A DNA stretch of 64,000 nucleotides, taken from contig CAWEOB010000006.1 in assembly GCA_963810635.1 (NCBI GenBank), forward strand, positions 68,982 to 132,981, read 5' to 3'. Every line of letters begins with the position of its first letter. Within the stretch, counting starts at the first letter, position 1. Source of the DNA: an uncultured Actinomycetes bacterium (GTDB taxonomy: Bacteria > Actinomycetota > UBA4738 > HRBIN12). The notes below the pieces were generated by a model. The model was given only the letters and a program-made list of their open reading frames with translations. It did no database searches and was not told the origin of the DNA. Shown piece after piece: positions 21,460-31,998 of the stretch. A program made the position numbers and the translations under genes.

Positions 21460-21550
21460 GTGGCCCGGTTCGTGGCGCTCCGGAACCCGCTCGCTCGTTG
21501 ATGCCGCCGTCTCCCCGTCCAGGGCGTGGGGAGGGCCCCACTGTTAGCCT

Positions 21551-21838
21551 GTGCGGCCGATGGTCGCCGCGGCCAACCCCCTGCAAACGCTGGTCTGCCT
21601 CGCACTCTCCGTGTTCGGGCTGGTGCTGCTGATCCGCGTCGTGGTCTCGTGGCTGCAGCTGTTCGGCATGCGAGAGCCGGCGACCGGTCCCGTTCGGTCC
21701 GCGTTGGACCTCCTCGACGATGTCACGGAACCGGTCCTGCGTCCGTTGCGCAAGATCGTGCCGCCGGCGGGCCGTTTCGATCTCTCGATCGTCGTGGCCT
21801 TCGTGGTCATCTTCGTGGCACAGAGCATCTTCTGTTGA
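21551..21838 (+). CDS. yggT: YggT-family membrane protein
   Basis: 95 aa, two TM helices. Conserved position between sepF and divIVA. Confidence 0.75.
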   Translation: MRPMVAAANPLQTLVCLALSVFGLVLLIRVVVSWLQLFGMREPATGPVRSALDLLDDVTEPVLRPLRKIVPPAGRFDLSIVVAFVVIFVAQSIFC

Positions 21839-21851
21839 AGGAGGGATCCCC

Positions 21852-22619
21852 ATGACGAAGGACACACCTGAGGAAGCGTGGGCGCCGACGCCCACCGGCA
21901 CCGCTCCGCGCGCGGTCACGGCGCTCGAGATCCAGCAGAAGGAGTTCGCCGTCGCGCGCTTCGGTGGCTACAAGATGCGCGACGTCGACGAGTTCCTCGA
22001 TGAACTGACGGAGTCGGTGGGCGCGCTCGTCAGCGAGAACGAGCGGCTCCGCCGCCAGGCCGGGGAGGCTCCCGTGGTCGGTGCCCCGGACCTCGACGAC
22101 GTCGCTCGCCAAGCCGACGAGATCATCCAGCGTGCCCGCGAGGAGGCCAGCCGGATTGTCGCCGAGGCGAACGAGCAGGCGGCGAGCATCGCAGGGTCGT
22201 TGGCGGCGGGTCAGGGCGGTGGGTCGGAGGCCGTGCAAGCGTTCCTGGCGCAGGAGCGGGTCTTCCTCCAGAGCCTGGCCGGCCTGGTGCAAGGTCACGT
22301 GGACTCGGTCAAGGGGATGGCCCGCACAGCGTCGGACCGGAGGGCTGCGGCCGCCACGCCGGAGCGGGCGACCTCGGACACCCGACCGGCGGCCACCGAG
22401 GCGGCGAGGGAGGCCGACGATGCGGCCGCGCAGGCGCCGGAGACCGACGTCCCGGCGGCACCGGACGCCGACGCCACCCAGGTCGTTCCCGAAGCCGACG
22501 CCCCGATCCGGGCGGATGAGCCTGAGCGGGCGGGCGCCAAGGTCACGTCGGCCAAGTCGGACACTGGCGATGACGGCGAGGATTCGCTCCGAGAGCTGTT
22601 CTGGGGCGAGGACGGCTGA
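21852..22619 (+). CDS. divIVA: DivIVA / Wag31 polar growth protein
   Basis: N-terminal DivIVA domain (LEIQQKEFAVARFGGYKMRDVDEFLD) and coiled coil. Acidic/Ala-rich C-terminus. Confidence 0.85.
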   Translation: MTKDTPEEAWAPTPTGTAPRAVTALEIQQKEFAVARFGGYKMRDVDEFLDELTESVGALVSENERLRRQAGEAPVVGAPDLDDVARQADEIIQRAREEASRIVAEANEQAASIAGSLAAGQGGGSEAVQAFLAQERVFLQSLAGLVQGHVDSVKGMARTASDRRAAAATPERATSDTRPAATEAAREADDAAAQAPETDVPAAPDADATQVVPEADAPIRADEPERAGAKVTSAKSDTGDDGEDSLRELFWGEDG

Positions 22620-22635
22620 TCGGGACCCGCGAGGA

Positions 22636-25600
22636 TCAGACCGGCCGGAGGGTGACGGTCACCGGCTGACCCTCGAACGTCACGTCCGAGCGCTCCACAG
22701 CGTCCGTCACGACGCCGTCCACGACCTCGACCGCCAACGTCTCGCGGGCGACCTCGTCCCGATGCCGCTGGAGCGCCTCGGCGAGCTCACCGTGCACCTC
22801 GAGACCCAGCACGATCCGGTCGCTCACCCGGAGACCGGCCTCCTTCCGCGCGTCCTGGACGGCCCGCACCAACTCGCGCGCGAGCCCTTCGAGACGCAGC
22901 GTGGGCGTGACCTCGAGTTCGAGGGCCACCGTCGTCGCTCCCTCGGACGCGAGGCCCCATCCCTCCAGGACCTCCTGGACGAGGTCGACGTCGTCGGCCG
23001 CGATCGCGACGGCCGGGCCGGGATCGATCGCGACCTCCACCGTCTCGCCGGCCGCCAGGCGGCCGGCGAGCTCTCCGTCGTCGGCCGCGAGCGCCTCGGC
23101 GAGCGTCTTGACGCGAGGACCGAGGCGCGGACCGAGCACCTTGAAGTTGGGTTTCGCGCGCCAGCGGCCGAACGTCTCGTCGGTCTCCGCGAAACGCACC
23201 CGCTTGACGTTGAGCTCCTCGGCGACGAGGGGCAGCAAGTCCTCCACTTCGCCTCGCCGCTCGGTCGTGTGGACCACCGCCTCCAGCAAGGGCTGGCGGA
23301 TCCGCGTCTTCGTCTCGACCCGCACGCGCCGGCCGAGCTCGACCAACCGGCGGGCGGCCTCCATCGCCTCGTCGAGTCCGGGATCGACCGCCGCGTCATG
23401 GACGGAGGGGAAGTCCGAGAGGTGCACGGAGTCGGGGCGGCCGCCCCGACCCGCCGCGAGGTTGCGCCAGATGGCCTCCGAGGTGAACGGCATGAAGGGG
23501 GCGAGCACGCCCGCGACGGCGACCAGGCACTCCCACAAGGTCGCGAACGCCGACGCCGTCTCGCTCCCCGTGTCTCCCTCGGGGTCCCAGAATCGACGTC
23601 GCGAACGCCGCACGTACCAGTTCGAGAGATCGTCGACGAACGTGTGGATGCGACGCCCGGCACCGGTGGCGTCGTAGCCCTCCATCCGCTCACGCACGAT
23701 CCGCACCGTCCCCGCCAGCTGCGAGAGGATCCAGCGATCCATGACCGGTCGGTCGGCGATCGCCGGAGCGACCGCGGTCTCGGGATCGAACCCGCTCGCG
23801 TTCGCGTACGTGACGAAGAACGCGTACGTGTTCCACAACGTCAGCAGCACCTGACGGACCACCTCGTCGAGGATCTCGTGACCGATCCGTCGCGACTCCC
23901 AGGGGGAGCCGCTCACGAGCATGAACCACCGCAGCGCGTCCGCGCCCTGCCGGTCCAACGCCTCGAACGGGTCGAAGGAGTTGCCGAGGCTCTTCGACAT
24001 CTTCCGCCCGTCGGCCGCCACCAGATGCCCGAGACAGACGCACGTCCGATAGGCGGTTGAGTCGAAGTGCAGGACCCCTTCGGCCATCAGCGTGTAGAAC
24101 CAACCCCGCGTCTGGTCGATCGCTTCCGAGACGAAATCGGCCGGGAACGAAGACTCGAACTCCTCGATGCCACGACCCAGGTCGGGGTGGTAGCCCCATT
24201 GGGCGAAGGGCATGGCGCCCGAGTCGTACCAGGTGTCGATCACCTCGGGAACCCGCGTGCCGACGGCACCGCAGTCGGGACAGGCGATCGTGATCGCATC
24301 GATGGCGGGTCGGTGCGGATCCACATCAGACACGTCGCGGCCCGCCAGGCGCCCGAGCTCGGCGAGCGAGCCGACGGCCGTCGCGTGACCGGCCTCGCAC
24401 CGCCAGATCGGGAGCGGCGTTCCCCAGTACCGCTCGCGAGAGAGCGCCCAGTCCACGTTGTTCTCGAGCCAGTTCCCGTACCGCCCGTGCTTGATGTGGT
24501 CCGGGTGCCAATCGACCGACGCGTTGACGGCCAGGAGCCGGTCCTTGACCGCGGTGGTCCGCACGTACCAGGACGACCGCGCGTAGTAGAGGAGTGGTGT
24601 GGAACACCGCCAGCAGAACGGGTAGTTGTGCTCGTAGGTCTCCTCGCGGAGCAGGATGCCGCGGTCGCGGAGGTCACGGACGATGACGGGGTCGGCGTCC
24701 TTGACGAAGAGGCCACGCACGAACGCCGGCGCCTCGTCCGCGAACGTCCCGTCGTCGGCCACCGGCTTCCAGACGGGCCAGCCCTGAGCGCGCCCCACGG
24801 CGAGGTCGTCGGCGCCGAAGGCGGGAGCCAGGTGGACGACCCCCGTCCCCTCGTCCATCGAGACGAAGGAGGCCTCCACGACCGTATGGGCGCCGTCGAC
24901 GTTGGGGTAGGGGGGCTCGTAGCGGAGGCCGACGAGCGCATTCCCGTCCATCGTCTGTAGGGCCCGCCAGCCCTCGCCGAGGACCGGCTCGACGCGAGGC
25001 CGCCCGAGGATCAACCGCTCGCCGTCCCGTTCGACGAGGACGTACGTCGCCCCGGGATCGACGGCCGCGCCCGTGTTGGACGGCAGGGTCCACGGCGTGG
25101 TGGTCCAAACGACGAGCGAGGCGTCGGCGTGCTCAGGGTGGACCGGCTCCACCACCGGGAAGCGGACGAAGACGCTGGGGTCCTCGACGGTCTGGTAGCC
25201 CATGGCCACCTCCGCATCGGACAGCGCCGTCCCGCACCGCGGGCAGTAGGCGGTGACCTTGTGGTCCTCCACCAACAGACCACGCCGATGCAGTTGCTGG
25301 AGGGACCACCAGACGGACTCGATGTAGGTGGGGTCCATGGTCCAGTAGGCGTCGGACATGTCGATCCAGAAGCCGATGCGCTCGGTGAGGCGTTCGAAGT
25401 CGCCGACGTACCGCTGGACCGAGGCGCGACATAGGTCGTTGAAGGCGGCGATCCCGAACGCCTCGATGTCCTTCTTCCCGGTGGTGCCGATCTCCTTCTC
25501 GACCTCGAGCTCGACCGGCAGGCCGTGACAGTCCCAGCCTCCTTTGCGATGGACGAGGTGTCCCGTCATCGTCTTGTAGCGCGGATAGACGTCCTTGAAG

Positions 25601-25794
25601 GTCCGGGGCTCCACGTGGTGGATGCCGGGGCGTCCGTTCGCGGTCGGCGGTCCCTCGTAGAAGATCCACTCGGGCGCTCCTTCGCGGAGCGCCAGTGATC
25701 GGCCGAAGACGTCGGACTCCTTCCACCAGGCCAAGATCGACCGCTCGAGCACAGGGAAGCTCACCTTCGTGTCCACCGGCTCGAATGGCGCCAT
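22636..25794 (-). CDS. ileS: Isoleucine--tRNA ligase
   Basis: Intact about 1052 aa. HIGH-like PTANGRPGIHH and KMSKS motifs. Convergent with divIVA. Confidence 0.95.
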   Translation of the reverse strand: MAPFEPVDTKVSFPVLERSILAWWKESDVFGRSLALREGAPEWIFYEGPPTANGRPGIHHVEPRTFKDVYPRYKTMTGHLVHRKGGWDCHGLPVELEVEKEIGTTGKKDIEAFGIAAFNDLCRASVQRYVGDFERLTERIGFWIDMSDAYWTMDPTYIESVWWSLQQLHRRGLLVEDHKVTAYCPRCGTALSDAEVAMGYQTVEDPSVFVRFPVVEPVHPEHADASLVVWTTTPWTLPSNTGAAVDPGATYVLVERDGERLILGRPRVEPVLGEGWRALQTMDGNALVGLRYEPPYPNVDGAHTVVEASFVSMDEGTGVVHLAPAFGADDLAVGRAQGWPVWKPVADDGTFADEAPAFVRGLFVKDADPVIVRDLRDRGILLREETYEHNYPFCWRCSTPLLYYARSSWYVRTTAVKDRLLAVNASVDWHPDHIKHGRYGNWLENNVDWALSRERYWGTPLPIWRCEAGHATAVGSLAELGRLAGRDVSDVDPHRPAIDAITIACPDCGAVGTRVPEVIDTWYDSGAMPFAQWGYHPDLGRGIEEFESSFPADFVSEAIDQTRGWFYTLMAEGVLHFDSTAYRTCVCLGHLVAADGRKMSKSLGNSFDPFEALDRQGADALRWFMLVSGSPWESRRIGHEILDEVVRQVLLTLWNTYAFFVTYANASGFDPETAVAPAIADRPVMDRWILSQLAGTVRIVRERMEGYDATGAGRRIHTFVDDLSNWYVRRSRRRFWDPEGDTGSETASAFATLWECLVAVAGVLAPFMPFTSEAIWRNLAAGRGGRPDSVHLSDFPSVHDAAVDPGLDEAMEAARRLVELGRRVRVETKTRIRQPLLEAVVHTTERRGEVEDLLPLVAEELNVKRVRFAETDETFGRWRAKPNFKVLGPRLGPRVKTLAEALAADDGELAGRLAAGETVEVAIDPGPAVAIAADDVDLVQEVLEGWGLASEGATTVALELEVTPTLRLEGLARELVRAVQDARKEAGLRVSDRIVLGLEVHGELAEALQRHRDEVARETLAVEVVDGVVTDAVERSDVTFEGQPVTVTLRPV

Positions 25795-26125
25795 CGCGGT
25801 TCCTCCTCTTCGCGTCCCGGCGAACGGAACGCCTCGTCCTCGTGATGCGAGGACGAGGCGTGGGCCCCGCGGTACCACCTCGCTTGTCGCGCCCCTCGCG
25901 GTTCGCGACCGCTCACGACCGTGCTCCGCTCGCGTGTCCGACGAGCAACGCCGGAGCACCCGGCCTCCCGCGATCACGGGCGGGACCCGCCTGCGTCTCG
26001 CCGACGGGTCCGAAGGAGCGGACCCACGCCGACCCGGGCAGGAGCTCGGGGATGATGTCGTCCGGGGGCTCGGCGCCGGCTCCCACCGTCCCGGCTCGCT
26101 CGTGCCTCGCCGATCCCGGCCGCAC
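25795..26125 (-). promoter_or_regulatory. T-box riboswitch leader of ileS
   Basis: Minus-strand RNA contains AGGUGGUACCGCGGGG (T-box consensus, complement of 25861-25883). It is followed by a 12-bp perfect hairpin (25831-25859), then the SD AGGAGGAA and the ileS AUG. Upstream GACAUCAUCC offers AUC (Ile) specifier candidates. Confidence 0.6.
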
Positions 26126-26161
26126 GTTCCCGTCGTCGCCTGTGCGGGGCATGCTACATGC

Positions 26162-26395
26162 ATGGCTCGGATCACGGCTCGCGTGGTGCCGCGTTCCGGA
26201 CGCACGTCCGTGGAGGTGCGTTCGGACGGAACCCTGGTGATCAGGGTCCGGGCCGCGCCCGAGGAAGGGAAGGCGAACCGGGAGGCAATGGGCGCGCTCG
26301 CCGCCCACCTCGGGATACCCCCATCCTCGGTGCAGCTCCTCCGCGGCGCGACCTCCCGATCCAAGGTCTTCGAAGTGCCGGGAAACGGCCCCTGA
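26162..26395 (+). CDS. yggU: DUF167 / YggU-family protein
   Basis: 78 aa MARITARVVPRSGRTSVEVRSDGTLVIRVRAAPEEGKANREAMGALAAHLG. Divergent from the ileS leader. Confidence 0.7.
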   Translation: MARITARVVPRSGRTSVEVRSDGTLVIRVRAAPEEGKANREAMGALAAHLGIPPSSVQLLRGATSRSKVFEVPGNGP

Positions 26396-26444
26396 CCAGG
26401 GAGAACAGGTTCGAACGAGCCTGTTCTGCTACCCTGCGCCGACC

Positions 26445-26828
26445 ATGCCCGAGGCGAAGCTGTCGAAGAAGGAGATCGACGAGCTGCGGAGCCGTCTCCT
26501 GGAGCAACAGGTCGAGCTCCAGGACCAGCTCACGACCATCGAAGACACCTCGTTCGCGACGACCCAGTCGGAGCTTTCCGGGGACGTCGGCCTGGACGAC
26601 GAGTCGGCCGACGCGGGAACGGCAACCTTCGAGCGCGAGAAGGACCTGTCCATCGAGCAGAACGTGCTCGACCTCATGCAGAAGATCGAGCGCGCCCTCG
26701 AGCGGATGGATGCGGGCACCTACGGGATCTGTGCGCGTTGCGGGAAACCCATCGAGAAGGCGCGGATCCGCGCCCTGCCGTACGTCGATCTGTGTATCAA
26801 GGACGCGCAGGCGGAGTCGCGCCGGTAG
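26445..26828 (+). CDS. DksA/TraR-family C4 zinc-finger protein
   Basis: Coiled-coil N-terminus and a CxxC-N17-CxxC C-terminus. Common actinobacterial neighbour of lspA. Confidence 0.7.
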   Translation: MPEAKLSKKEIDELRSRLLEQQVELQDQLTTIEDTSFATTQSELSGDVGLDDESADAGTATFEREKDLSIEQNVLDLMQKIERALERMDAGTYGICARCGKPIEKARIRALPYVDLCIKDAQAESRR

Positions 26829-26833
26829 CCGCC

Positions 26834-27379
26834 ATGGATCGCCTGGCCCGGCGCGGGGCCGTCATCCTCTACGCGACCGCCGGGATCGTCTTCCTCTTCG
26901 ATCGGTGGACGAAGGTCTGGGCCGAGGACTCCCTGGCGCCGTCGGGTCCGATCGACGTCATCCCGGGATTCCTCCGCTTCCGCTTCACGACCAACCCGGG
27001 CGGGGCGTTCAGCATCCTCGGCACCTTCCCGTGGCTCTTCGCCGCGGCGACGATCACCGTGAGCATCCTGATCGTCGCGTTCTCGCTGCGTCGTCGACCG
27101 GCGATGCAGTCCGTCGCCCTGGGGCTGATCCTCGGGGGCGCGCTCGGGAACCTGACCGACCGCTTCGTCCGCGGCCCGGGGCTCTCGGGGGAGGTGGTGG
27201 ACTTCGTCGACGTGCATCTCGGGACCACCTTCTCGTGGCCGGTGTTCAACGTTGCCGACAGCGCGATCGTGCTCGGGGCCATCCTGCTGGTGGTCTCGTC
27301 GGCCCTGCAGGCGCAACGCTCCGATCGCGGGGAGCGGGGTGACGGCCCGGACGAGGAGCAGGCCGGGGATGCCGCCTGA
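26834..27379 (+). CDS. lspA: Lipoprotein signal peptidase II
   Basis: Conserved FNVADSAI motif. Four TM helices. Confidence 0.85.
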   Translation: MDRLARRGAVILYATAGIVFLFDRWTKVWAEDSLAPSGPIDVIPGFLRFRFTTNPGGAFSILGTFPWLFAAATITVSILIVAFSLRRRPAMQSVALGLILGGALGNLTDRFVRGPGLSGEVVDFVDVHLGTTFSWPVFNVADSAIVLGAILLVVSSALQAQRSDRGERGDGPDEEQAGDAA

Positions 27380-28271
27380 CGTGTACGTCGCCACCCCGGG
27401 CCGGCTCGACACCGTGGTCGCGTCACTCGCCGGCCTGCCACGGGCCGAGATCCGGCGTGCCCTCGATGACGGCCGCGTGACGGTGGATGGGGAGCGGCGG
27501 CCCAAGTCCTACCGCCTGACCGGCGGCGAGCGGCTGGAGGTCGACCTTCCCGCGCAGGAGGCGTTGGCCGGCGAGGGCCCGCCGGTGCCGATCAGGTACC
27601 GGGACGACGATGTCGTCGTCGTGGCGAAACCGGCCGGTCTCGTGACCCACCCGGTCGCGCGGCGGCGCACAGGCACGCTGGTCAACCGCCTGCTCGGCAT
27701 GGGGATCCCCCTGGCGCCGGCCGGTGGGTCGCTGCGTCCCGGCATCGTGCACCGCCTCGACGCCGGGACGAGCGGCCTGATGATCGTCGCCGAGACGGAT
27801 CGTGCGCTCGGAGCCCTGCAGGCGATGTTCCGGCGTCACGCGGTGGACCGGCGGTACCTCGCCTTGATGCGCGGCACGGCCGAGCACGAGACCTTCGGTG
27901 TGGAGGCTCCGTTGGGGCGCCGCTCCGATCGCATCGTCGTCGACCGTTCGAGGGGGCGTCCCGCCGCCACGTCGTTCGTCGTGCTCGAGCGGCTCGCCGG
28001 GGTCACGTTGGTGGAGGCCGAACCCGCGACCGGTCGCACGCATCAGATCCGGGTGCATCTGGCCGCGGTCGGCCACCCGATCGTGGGTGATCGGGCCTAC
28101 GGGGGTGTGGGCGAGGATGCGCGCCGCTTGGGTCTCGCGCGACCGTTCCTCCACTCCTGGCGTCTCGCGTTCGATCACCCGTTCACCGGCGAACGTCTCA
28201 CGTTCGAGGAGCCGCTCCCGGCCGATCTGTCCGAGGCGCTCGTGACCGCCCGCCGCGACCTGCAGCCTTGA
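27369..28271 (+). CDS. rluD: RluA-family 23S rRNA pseudouridine synthase (RluD-like)
   Basis: S4 domain followed by HRLD(AG)TSGLM and the catalytic core. Overlaps the lspA stop. Confidence 0.8.
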   Translation: MPPDVYVATPGRLDTVVASLAGLPRAEIRRALDDGRVTVDGERRPKSYRLTGGERLEVDLPAQEALAGEGPPVPIRYRDDDVVVVAKPAGLVTHPVARRRTGTLVNRLLGMGIPLAPAGGSLRPGIVHRLDAGTSGLMIVAETDRALGALQAMFRRHAVDRRYLALMRGTAEHETFGVEAPLGRRSDRIVVDRSRGRPAATSFVVLERLAGVTLVEAEPATGRTHQIRVHLAAVGHPIVGDRAYGGVGEDARRLGLARPFLHSWRLAFDHPFTGERLTFEEPLPADLSEALVTARRDLQP

Positions 28272-28386
28272 CGCCCCCCAGAGCCGGGCGTAGCGTGGGG
28301 TTCCTTCGGATCACAGCCGTGTAAGTTTCCACAACCGTCCGGGCCGGATGTGGACAACCCTTCGGAAAGGGCAACGACCAGCAACG

Positions 28387-31300
28387 ATGTCCGAGCAAGG
28401 CTTCGTCCACCTCCACGTCCATTCCGAGTATTCCCTGCTCGACGGGGCTGCACGGATCGAGCCGCCCGCGTCGAGCCCGTCCGCCCCCACGCTCTTCACG
28501 GAGGCCACGAGGCTGGGCATGCCGGCGTTGGCGCTCACCGACCACGGGACCATGTTCGGGGCCCTCCGTTTCTACGAGAACGCACGGCAGCAGGGCGTGG
28601 CCCCGATCCTCGGGGTCGAGGCGTACGTGGCACCCGGTTCCCGGTTCGACCGTGACCCGGGCGAGAGCGCCGAGAGGTATCACCACCTGACGCTCCTCGC
28701 GCACGATGAGACCGGCTACCGCAACCTGCTCAAGCTCGTCTCGCTCGCTCATCTCGAGGGCTTCTACCACCGCCCTCGTATGGACAAGCAGCTGCTCGAC
28801 GAGCACAGCGACGGGATCATCTGCCTCTCGGGGTGCCTGTCGTCCGAGCTCGGGGTCCTGCTCGTGGGGGGTCAAGGCGAGCGCGCCCGTCGCGCGGCAG
28901 GCGAGTACCGCGACATCTTCGGGGCGGACCGGTACTTCGTCGAGGTGCAGGATCACGGTCTCGCCGACCAGCGCGCCATCATCGGGGAACAGGTCGCGAT
29001 CGCCCGCGAGATCGGCGTGCCGGTCGTGGCCACGAACGACCTCCACTACACGTTGCGGGACGACGCCAAGCCGCACGACGTCCTGCTCTGCATCCAGCAA
29101 CAGAAGCTGCAGTCCGACCCCAAGCGCCTGCGATTCGATGCTGAGGACTTCTACCTGAAGAGCGCCGCGGAGATGCGACAGGTGTTCCGGGAGCTCCCGG
29201 ACGCGTGCGACCAGACGCTGGTGATCGCCGAACGGATCCAACCGTTGCCCGAGCTCGAGCGGATCCTCGTCGAACACAAGACGGAGTACCGGCTGCCTCG
29301 GTTCGATACGCCGACGGGGGAGCCCCTCCACGTCTACCTGTCCGGCCTGGTCGACGAGGGGGCAGCGTCGCGGTACGGCGACCCGCTGCCGCCCGATGTG
29401 CGCTCGCGCATCGATCACGAGCTGGGTGTCATCCAGCAGATGGGGTTCAGCGGCTACTTCTTGATCGTGTGGGATCTGATCCGGTTCGCGCGCGAACAGG
29501 GGATCCGGGTCGGTCCGGGACGTGGTTCGGCGGCGGGGTCGGTCGTGTCCTACTCGCTGCGGATCACGGATCTCGATCCGCTCCGCTACGGCCTGCTCTT
29601 CGAGCGGTTCCTCAACCCCGACCGGATCGAGATGCCGGACATCGACATGGACTTCGATGAGCGCCGTCGCGACGAGGTGATCCGCTACGCCACCGAGCGA
29701 TACGGCACCGACCACGTGGCGCAGATCGTCACCTTCCAGACCATCAAGGGCAAGCAGGGGATCCGCGACGCCGCGCGGGTGCTGGGGTTCCCCGCCTCCA
29801 CCGGCGACCGGCTCTGCAAGATGTACCCACCGGCGGTGATGGGCCGCGACGAGCCCATCGACCGAGCGCTCGAGATCAGCCCGGAGCTCCAGGAGGCCTA
29901 CCGCAAGGAGCCGGAGGCGCGCGAGATCGTGGAAACGGCCCGTGCCCTCGAGGGTCTCCGACGCGAGGACTCCGTGCACGCCGCAGGCGTCGTGATCGGT
30001 GACGCGCCTCTCGTGAACTACCTGCCGCTCAAGCTCACGAAGGACTCGCGTGACGACTCGAAGAAGATGGTCACGCAGTTCGACATGAACGGCGTGGCGG
30101 CGCTCGGGTTGTTGAAGATGGACTTCCTCGGCCTGCGCAACCTGTCGGTGATCGAGGAGACGTTGCGACACCTCCGCGCACGGGGCGTCGAATTGGACAT
30201 CGACAACCTGGCGCTCGATGACGCGGACACGTACGCGATGCTCTGCAAGGGTGAGACCACCGGCGTGTTCCAGATGGAATCGGCGGGCATGCGGAGCCTC
30301 ATCCGCCTCCTGGAGCCCGACCGCTTCGAAGACCTGATGGCCCTGGTCGCCCTGTACCGCCCGGGCCCGCTCAATAACGGGTTGCACACCTTGTACGCCG
30401 AGCGCAAGCACGGCCGGAAGGAGGTCCGGTACCCCCACCCGGATCTCGAGCCGGCGCTCGCCAGCACGTACGGCGTCATGGTCTATCAGGAGCAGGTCAT
30501 GCAGACCGCGGTGGTCATGGCCGGGTTCTCCATGAGCGAAGCCGACACGCTGCGCAAGGTCATGGGGAAGAAGATCCGCGAGAAGGTCGCCGCCCAGCGC
30601 GAGAAGTTCATCGCAGGGGCGATCGCGCGCGGGCATCCGGAGCGCATCGCACGTGAGATCTTCGACCTGATCGAGCCGTTCGCCGACTACGGCTTCAACG
30701 CCTCGCACGCCTGCGCCTACGGCCTCGTGGCGTATCAGACGGCGTACCTGATGGCACACCATCCGGTCGAGTACATGGCCGCGATCCTCACGTCGGTGAA
30801 GGACGACAAGGATCGGAAGCCCTACTACCTGTATGCATGCCGTGGCATGGGCATCGATGTGCTCCCACCCGATGTGAACGAATCCGACGTCGACTTCGCC
30901 CCGGCCCCCGGCGAACGACGCGCCATCCGCTACGGCCTCTCGGCGGTCCGCAACGTGGGGGAAGGCGTCGTGCGCTCGATCGTAGAAGCTCGGGGCCAGG
31001 ACGGCCCGTTCGGATCCTTCCCCGAGTTCTGCCGTCGGGTCGAGCCATCGGCCTTGACGAAGCGGGTGCTCGAGTCGTTGATCTACGCCGGGGCGTTCGG
31101 TTCCATGGGCTACACACGCGGCGGACTGATCCAGTTGGTGGGGGAGCAGTCCGCCTGGGAGAAGGTGGCCGCCCCCATCCTCGCCGAGCGCCGAGCCGAA
31201 GCCGCCGGGCAGTTCTCGCTGTTCGGTCAAGAGGCGGGTGGGCTCCAGGAGGTCGACGTCGCCATCCTGGAGGGCCCGGAGCTCGATAAGCGGCTGCTCC

Positions 31301-31947
31301 TGTCGAAGGAGAAGGAGATGCTCGGCCAGTTCGTCACCGACCACCCGCTGCTCGGGGTGGAGGATGCGGTGCGGGCCCGCTGCACGCACGACATCCGCGC
31401 GCTCGATGAGTTGGGCGATGGCGACCTCGTCACGGTGGGCGGCATCATCGGGTCGCTCTCCCGCAAGTACACGAAGAAGGGCGACCCCTACGCGCAGTTC
31501 AGGTTGGAGGGCCTCGCGGGCGGCGTCGAGGTGGTGGCTTTCCCGAGCGTCTACGAGGCCGTGCCGGACCTCATGGAGACGGATCGGATCGTCTTGGTCA
31601 CCGGACGCATCGACCTCCGGGGGCGGGAGCTCCAGATCCGTGCCAACGACGTGCGCGAGCCGGATCTCGGGCGTTCCGACCTGCGGGTCGTCGCGGCGGC
31701 CCTGGTCGTGGACCTTCCGGCTGCAGCGTGCACACCCGCGGTCCTCGATCGCCTGCGCGAGCTTTTCGACGCGCACCCGGGCGATGCCCCCGTCCGTCTC
31801 CGCTTCCTGTCCTCGCAAGGGGTGACGCCCCTCAGCGTCGGGACGTTCGCGGTCGATCCGAGCGGAGCCCTGCTCGATGAGCTGCGGGCGCTGCTCGGCG
31901 CCGGTGCGGCCCGTCTCGAGCACGATCCGAGCCTGGCCGCCGTCTGA
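28387..31947 (+). CDS. dnaE: DNA polymerase III alpha subunit DnaE1
   Basis: Intact 1186 aa. PHP domain HLHVHSEYSLLDG, polymerase core and OB fold. Confidence 0.95.
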   Translation: MSEQGFVHLHVHSEYSLLDGAARIEPPASSPSAPTLFTEATRLGMPALALTDHGTMFGALRFYENARQQGVAPILGVEAYVAPGSRFDRDPGESAERYHHLTLLAHDETGYRNLLKLVSLAHLEGFYHRPRMDKQLLDEHSDGIICLSGCLSSELGVLLVGGQGERARRAAGEYRDIFGADRYFVEVQDHGLADQRAIIGEQVAIAREIGVPVVATNDLHYTLRDDAKPHDVLLCIQQQKLQSDPKRLRFDAEDFYLKSAAEMRQVFRELPDACDQTLVIAERIQPLPELERILVEHKTEYRLPRFDTPTGEPLHVYLSGLVDEGAASRYGDPLPPDVRSRIDHELGVIQQMGFSGYFLIVWDLIRFAREQGIRVGPGRGSAAGSVVSYSLRITDLDPLRYGLLFERFLNPDRIEMPDIDMDFDERRRDEVIRYATERYGTDHVAQIVTFQTIKGKQGIRDAARVLGFPASTGDRLCKMYPPAVMGRDEPIDRALEISPELQEAYRKEPEAREIVETARALEGLRREDSVHAAGVVIGDAPLVNYLPLKLTKDSRDDSKKMVTQFDMNGVAALGLLKMDFLGLRNLSVIEETLRHLRARGVELDIDNLALDDADTYAMLCKGETTGVFQMESAGMRSLIRLLEPDRFEDLMALVALYRPGPLNNGLHTLYAERKHGRKEVRYPHPDLEPALASTYGVMVYQEQVMQTAVVMAGFSMSEADTLRKVMGKKIREKVAAQREKFIAGAIARGHPERIAREIFDLIEPFADYGFNASHACAYGLVAYQTAYLMAHHPVEYMAAILTSVKDDKDRKPYYLYACRGMGIDVLPPDVNESDVDFAPAPGERRAIRYGLSAVRNVGEGVVRSIVEARGQDGPFGSFPEFCRRVEPSALTKRVLESLIYAGAFGSMGYTRGGLIQLVGEQSAWEKVAAPILAERRAEAAGQFSLFGQEAGGLQEVDVAILEGPELDKRLLLSKEKEMLGQFVTDHPLLGVEDAVRARCTHDIRALDELGDGDLVTVGGIIGSLSRKYTKKGDPYAQFRLEGLAGGVEVVAFPSVYEAVPDLMETDRIVLVTGRIDLRGRELQIRANDVREPDLGRSDLRVVAAALVVDLPAAACTPAVLDRLRELFDAHPGDAPVRLRFLSSQGVTPLSVGTFAVDPSGALLDELRALLGAGAARLEHDPSLAAV

Positions 31948-31998
31948 TCGAGCCGCCGCGCGGCGGGCTCGCTCGCCGTCTCGGTATCGTTCGGCGTC

